64,000 nucleotides of DNA from an uncultured beta proteobacterium (lineage in GTDB: Bacteria; Pseudomonadota; Gammaproteobacteria; Burkholderiales; SG8-39): contig CAVWFR010000034.1 of NCBI GenBank assembly GCA_963754305.1, positions 5,452 to 69,451 on the forward strand, written 5' to 3'. The notes below the pieces were generated by a model. That model was given only the letters and a program-made list of their open reading frames with translations. It was not told the DNA's origin and searched no databases. Shown one piece after another: positions 59,101 to 64,000 of this stretch. Each line of letters opens with the position of its first letter. Position 1 is the stretch's first letter. The position numbers and the translations under genes are program-made.

Positions 59101-62100
59101 GCCATCGGCCGCCCGCCGACAGCGTGCTCGCCGCCGTAGTGGATGTCTTCACCGCTCGCGAGCGTGACGTCGCCGCCGGTCGAAGCGATGTTGCCGGTAA
59201 GCGTGAGGTCGGCGCCGGCGCCGGCGGCGGTCCGGATGGTGACGTTCCCGGCGGCGCTGACAGGGCCGACGCTGAGCGCGTTCGCATCGACGATCGAGAC
59301 CGCGTTCGCGCTCGCGACCGACACGGTTCCGAAGTTGTTGGCTGGATTGTTCAGGGTGATGTTGTTCGCGCCGGCGGCGAGGCTGGTGGTCCCCGCGGCG
59401 ACGTTCAGCGGCCCGGTCTGGGTGAGAGGTCCGCCGACGTTCAGGCCCAGGCTGCCGGTCAACGTCGTGGCGGGAAGCGCGATCGCGGCATTGTCGAACT
59501 GCAGCGTGAGGTTGCGCATCCCCGTCGGGAGCGTCGGCAGCGTCGCCGAGGCGAGCGTGTTGCGCAGCGCGAGGTCGCGCACGTTGCCGTTGTTGGTGAC
59601 AGTGACCGCGCCGGTCAGGGCATTCGCTGCCGAGGCGAGGAGGATGTCGCTCCCGGGGGCCGTGACGGTGTAGGTGCTCGGTCCGGCCGCGGTGATCGCG
59701 CCGGTCTGGGTGATCGCGCCGCCGGCGGTCACCGCCAGCGTCCCGCTGCCGACGTTGACCGTCCCCAGCGCGAGCGCATTGGTGTCGGTGATCGAAACGT
59801 TGTTGAGCCCGGTGTTGGTCAGGCTTACCGGCCCGGTGAAGTTGTTCGTCGCCGTGTTGAGCGTGATCGCGCCGGCACCGGTGGTGAAGCTCGCCGCACC
59901 CGCCCCCGCCGCCTGCACGATCGCGCCCGTCTGGGTGATCGAGTTCGCACCGCTCGCCGTCACCGCGAGCGTCCCGCTGCCCACGCTCGACGCGCCGAGA
60001 ACGATCGCGTTCGCGTCGGTCACCGCCACATTGTTCGCTCCGGTATTGGCAAGACTCACCGCGCCGACGAAGTTGTTCGCCGGATTGGTGAGCGTGATCG
60101 ACCCGGCCCCGGCGTTGAAGCTCGACAGCCCGGTCACGCTGAGCGCACCGGTCTGCCCGAGCGCGCCGTTCGACTGCGCGGTCAGTGTCCCGCCGAAGGC
60201 GCCCCCGGCAAGGGTCAGCGCATTGGCATCGCGCACCGACACCGCGTTCGCCCCGGTGTTGGTCAGCGACACCGGCCCGGTGAAGTCGTTCCCGGCATTG
60301 GCGAGCGTGATGGCCGCCCCGCCGGTCGTGAAGCTCGCCGCGCCCGCCGCGGCCGCCTGCACGATCGCCCCGGTCTGGGTGATCGCGTTCGCGCCGGTCG
60401 CATTCACCGTGAGCGTCCCGGTGCCTACGTTTGAAGTTCCCAGGATGATGGCGTTGGCGTCGGTCACCGCAACGTTGTTCGCCCCGGTGTTGTTCAAGCT
60501 CACCGCGCCCACGAAGTTGTTCGCCGGATTGGTGAGCGTGATCGCCCCCGCCCCCGCGTTCACCGTCACCGCCCCCGCCCCGGCCGCCTGCGTGAGCGCC
60601 CCGGTCTGCGTCAGCGCACCGTTCGACTGCAGCGCAAGGGTCCCGGTGCCGACCGTGACGGTCCCCAGCGCAAGCGCGTTCGCATCGCGCAGCGACACCG
60701 CGTTCGCCCCGGTGTTGGCAAGGCTCACCGCACCGACGAAGTCGTTCGCGACGTTGTTGAGCGTGATCGCCCCCGCCCCGGCGTTCACCGTCACCGCCCC
60801 CGCCCCCGCCGCCTGCGTGATCGCCCCGGTCTGCGTCAGCGCACCGTTCGACTGAATCGCGAGCGTCCCGCTGCCCACGTTCACCGTCCCGAGCGCCAGC
60901 GCATTGGTGTCGCGCAGCGACACGTTGTTCGCCCCGCTGTTGGTCAGGCTTACCGGCCCGATGAAGTTGTTCGTCGCCGTGTTGAGCGTGATCGCGCCCG
61001 CACCGGTGGTGAAGCTCGCCGCGCCCGCCCCCGCCGCCTGCACGATCGCGCCCGTCTGGGTGATCGTGTTCGCACCGGTCGCCGTCACCGCGAGCGTCCC
61101 GCTGCCCACGCTCGACGCGCCGAGAACGATCGCGTTCGCGTCGGTCACCGCCACATTGTTCGCACCGCTGTTGGTGAGCGCTCACCGCGCCGACGAAGTT
61201 GTTCGCGACGTTGTTGAGCGTGATCGCCCCCGCCCCGGCGTTCACCGTCACCGCCCCCGCCCCGGCCGCCTGCGTGATCGCCCCGGTCTGCGTCAGCGCA
61301 CCGTTCGACTGGATCGCAAGCGTCCCGCTGCCCACGTTGACCGTCCCCAGCGCAAGCGCATTCGTGTCGCGCAGCGACACGTTGTTCGCCCCGGTGTTGG
61401 TCGAGCGACACCGGCCCGGTGAAGTTGTTCGTCGCCGTGTTGAGCGTGATCGCGCCCGCACCGGTGGTGAAGCTCGCCGCGCCCGCCCCCGCCGCCTGCA
61501 CGATCGCGCCCGTCTGGGTGATCGAGTTCGCACCGCTCGCCGTCACCGCGAGCGTCCCGCTGCCCACGCTCGACGCGCCGAGAACGATCGCGTTCGCGTC
61601 GGTCACCGCCACATTGTTCGCTCCGCTGTTGGCAAGACTCACCGCACCGACGAAGTTGTTCGCCGCATTGGTGAGCGTGATCGACCCCGCCCCGGCGTTG
61701 AAGCTCGACAGCCCGGTCACGCTGAGCGCACCGGTCTGCCCGAGCGCGCCGTTCGACTGCGCGGTCAGTGTCCCGCCGAAGGCGCCCCCGGCAAGGGTCA
61801 GCGCATTGGCATCGCGCACCGACACGCGTTCGCCCCGGTGTTGGTCAGCGACACCGGCCCGGTGAAGTCGTTCCCGGCATTGGCGAGCGTGATGGCCGCC
61901 CCGCCGGTCGTGAAGCTCGCCGCGCCCGCCGCGGCCGCCTGCACGATCGCCCCGTCTGGGTGATCGCGTTCGCGCCGGTCGCATGTCACCGCGAGCGTCC
62001 CGGTGCCTACGTTCGAAGTTCCCAGGATGATGGCGTTGGCGTCGGTCACCGCAACGTTGTTCGCCCCGGTGTTGGTCAAGCTCACCGCGCCGACGAAGTT

Positions 62101-64000
62101 GTTCGCCGCGATTGGTGAGCGTGATCGCCCCCGCCCCGGCGTTCACCGTCACCGCCCCCGCCCCGGCCGCCTGCGTGAGCGCCCCGGTCTGCGTCAGCGC
62201 ACCGTTCGACTGCAGCGCAAGGGTCCCGGTGCCGACCGTGACGGTCCCCAGCGCAAGCGCGTTCGCATCGCGCAGCGACACCGCGTTCGCCCCGGTGTTG
62301 GCAAGGCTCACCGCACCGACGAAGTCGTTCGCGACGTTGTTGAGCGTGATCGCCCCCGCCCCGGCGTTCACCGTCACCGCCCCCGCCCCCGCCGCCTGCG
62401 TGATCGCCCCGGTCTGCGTCAGCGCACCGTTCGACTGGATCGCGAGCGTCCCGCTGCCCACGTTCACCGTCCCGAGCGCAAGCGCATTGGTGTCGCGCAG
62501 CGACACGTTGTTCGCCCCGCTGTTGGTCAGGCTTACCGGCCCGATGAAGTTGTTCGTCGCCGTGTTGAGCGTGATCGCGCCCGCACCGGTGGTGAAGCTC
62601 GCCGCACCCGCCCCCGCCGCCTGCACGATCGCCCCGGTCTGGGTGATCGAGTTCGCACCGCTCGCCGTCACCGCGAGCGTCCCGCTGCCCACGCTCGACG
62701 CGCCGAGAACGATCGCGTTCGCGTCGGTCACCGCAACATTGTTCGCACCGGTATTGGTGAGCCTCACCGCGCCGACGAAGTTGTTCGCCGCATTGGTCAG
62801 CGTGATCGACCCAGCGCCAGCGTTGAAGCTCGAGGTGCCCCCGATCGCGAGGCTCGTACCGGCGTTCTGAGTGACCGCGCCTACGCCGGTCACCGACAGC
62901 GCGCCCGCGCCGGTCGTGACGCTGCCGAGGGTCGTGATGCCGGTCGAGGCGATCGTCGCCGCGCCGCCGTTCGTCGTCACGCTACCGGCGGGGCCGAACA
63001 CCACGCCCCCCGCGCCACCCGTTAGATTCGTGGTCAGCGCGCCACCGGTGCTGGCTATCGCCGCGTTGACGTTGAGCGACCCGTTGGCGGTCAACGTCAG
63101 CGCCCTCGCCGGCGCCCCCGCGTAGCCGATCGCGGCCCCGACGGTGATGTTGTTGGTCGCCTGGAGCGTGAGCGAGGTGGTCCCGAGCAGCGTCTGGATG
63201 TCGGCCGCGCCGATGCTCTGGTTCCCCGGATCCTCCGCCGCCGCCCAGACATTGTTGCCGGTGCCGGTCGGATTGCTCGGCACCCAGGCTTGCAGGCTGG
63301 CCGGGCTGCCGGTATAGGCGTTGCCGGCGACGATGTTGATGTTCGTCGGATCGAGCAGGAGCGAGCCCGCCTGGCCCATCGGGGCGGAGGTGTCGACGCC
63401 GCCGCGGAAGGCGAGCGTCTCCTTGCCGGAGACTTCGACGAGCCCCCCGTTCCCGCCGAGCGCGCCGCCGCGCGCACTGATCGCGCCGTGGTAGCGGGTC
63501 GTGTCATCCGACCACACCACCACCTTGCCGCCATCGCCCGCCTGCACGGCGTCGGCGCGGATCGTCGCGCCGGACCCGACGAAGGTCGCCTGCGCGTTCT
63601 GCACCTCGGGATTCCTGCCCTGGTAGTCGCCGCCCGCGAGAACAGATCCCCCCGCCCTGCGCACCCGAGGCATCCACGCTCGCCGCGCCCACGAGCCCGA
63701 CCTGCGTGCCGAGCAGCTTGACCTCGCCCCCGGACGCCTGCGCGCCCTTCGCGTCGATCCTGCCGTCGGCGAGCAGGGTGCCGGCTTCGGCCTGCACGAT
63801 GACCGCGCCGCCCTGCGAACCGCTGGCGGTGACGGTGCTGGCAGCATCGAGCGTGACGTCCCTCGAGGCTTTCAGCACCACCGTCCCGGCCGCGGTCGTC
63901 TGCGCCCCGTCCGCACTCACGAGACCGCTATTGCGGACCGCTGCGCCGTAGAGGCCGACGCGCCCGCTCTCGGCGACGAGCCGGCCGACGTTCAGCGCTT
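56186..64000 (-). pseudogene. filamentous-hemagglutinin-family (TpsA-like) giant exoprotein with MBG-type repeats; frame broken at eight or more points as sequenced; 5' end outside window
   Basis: Four long overlapping minus-strand ORFs (63504..63920, 61145..63847, 58923..61154/59149..61533, 56186..59287) join into one collinear protein. The N-terminal part contains GGNGGLVEVSGKETLAFRGGVDTSAPMGQAGSLLLDPTNINI, an FHA-type region. Then come about 14 copies of a 75-77 aa repeat. Then comes RWLVYSQNP plus about 10 repeats containing YGDPNP (MBG domain). Confidence 0.75.
59700..62860 (-). repeat. near-identical tandem duplication (period about 1583 bp as sequenced, about 1581 bp after indel correction), built from 225-231-bp sub-repeats
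   Basis: The string ggtcaggcttaccggcccgatgaag occurs at 60942 and 62525. Long stretches such as 60950..61160 and 62530..62740 are almost base-for-base identical. Confidence 0.85.

Noticed and set aside
59700-62860. Possible CRISPR array or non-coding satellite, because of the regular repeats
   Set aside because: The repeats are 225-231 bp units without unique spacers. They translate into a continuous Gly/Ala/Thr/Asn-rich beta-helix-type adhesin repeat, and no cas genes are present.

Overview
High-GC chromosomal segment (about two-thirds G+C or more by eye). It most resembles a betaproteobacterium of Burkholderiales type, based on a Bug/TctC binding protein, FolE2 and a GlrK-QseG-GlrR module. 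No rRNA, tRNA, CRISPR array, transposase or integrase was recognised. Most of the window is core metabolism and housekeeping. This includes ureide-pathway genes (uraD, two HIU hydrolases), yajQ and an acid-sugar-type operon (two enolase-superfamily enzymes, a 2-hydroxyacid dehydrogenase and a TctC-type binding protein). A long minus-strand array runs aminotransferase, amidohydrolase, xseB, ispA, dxs, folE2. Also present are thyA, folA, apbC, metG and dnaE. Four regions stand out. (1) 34.3-48.8 kb holds two back-to-back six-gene Hyf/complex-I-like membrane modules (NuoL-, NuoH-, HyfE-, NuoN-, NuoCD- and NuoB-like), 12 genes in one apparent operon. Both hydrogenase-type large subunits have lost the N- and C-terminal NiFe-binding cysteine motifs, while the NuoB-like subunits keep their Fe-S cysteines. 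No HyfA/HyfH ferredoxin, formate dehydrogenase or Hyp maturation genes are in view, so this looks like an Ehr-type (energy-converting hydrogenase related) complex of unknown substrate, present in duplicate. (2) 21.7-26.2 kb holds a GlrK/QseE, QseG-like lipoprotein, GlrR/QseF operon inserted antisense between thyA and folA. Directly downstream of it is a consensus sigma54 promoter, an IHF-like site and two perfect TGTC-N10-GACA (GlrR-type) boxes, all in front of a small membrane-protein gene. (3) 56.2-64.0 kb holds a giant filamentous-hemagglutinin-family exoprotein gene running off the window. It carries about ten MBG-type repeats and a near-identical 1.58-kb internal tandem duplication. Its reading frame is broken at eight or more points. 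(4) Two Hanks-type kinases sit in unusual contexts: one fused to a receiver domain, the other paired with a degenerate-cyclase/PEGA protein just upstream of the Hyf-like operon. Many very long ORFs in the six-frame track are antisense or off-frame GC artefacts and were not called.
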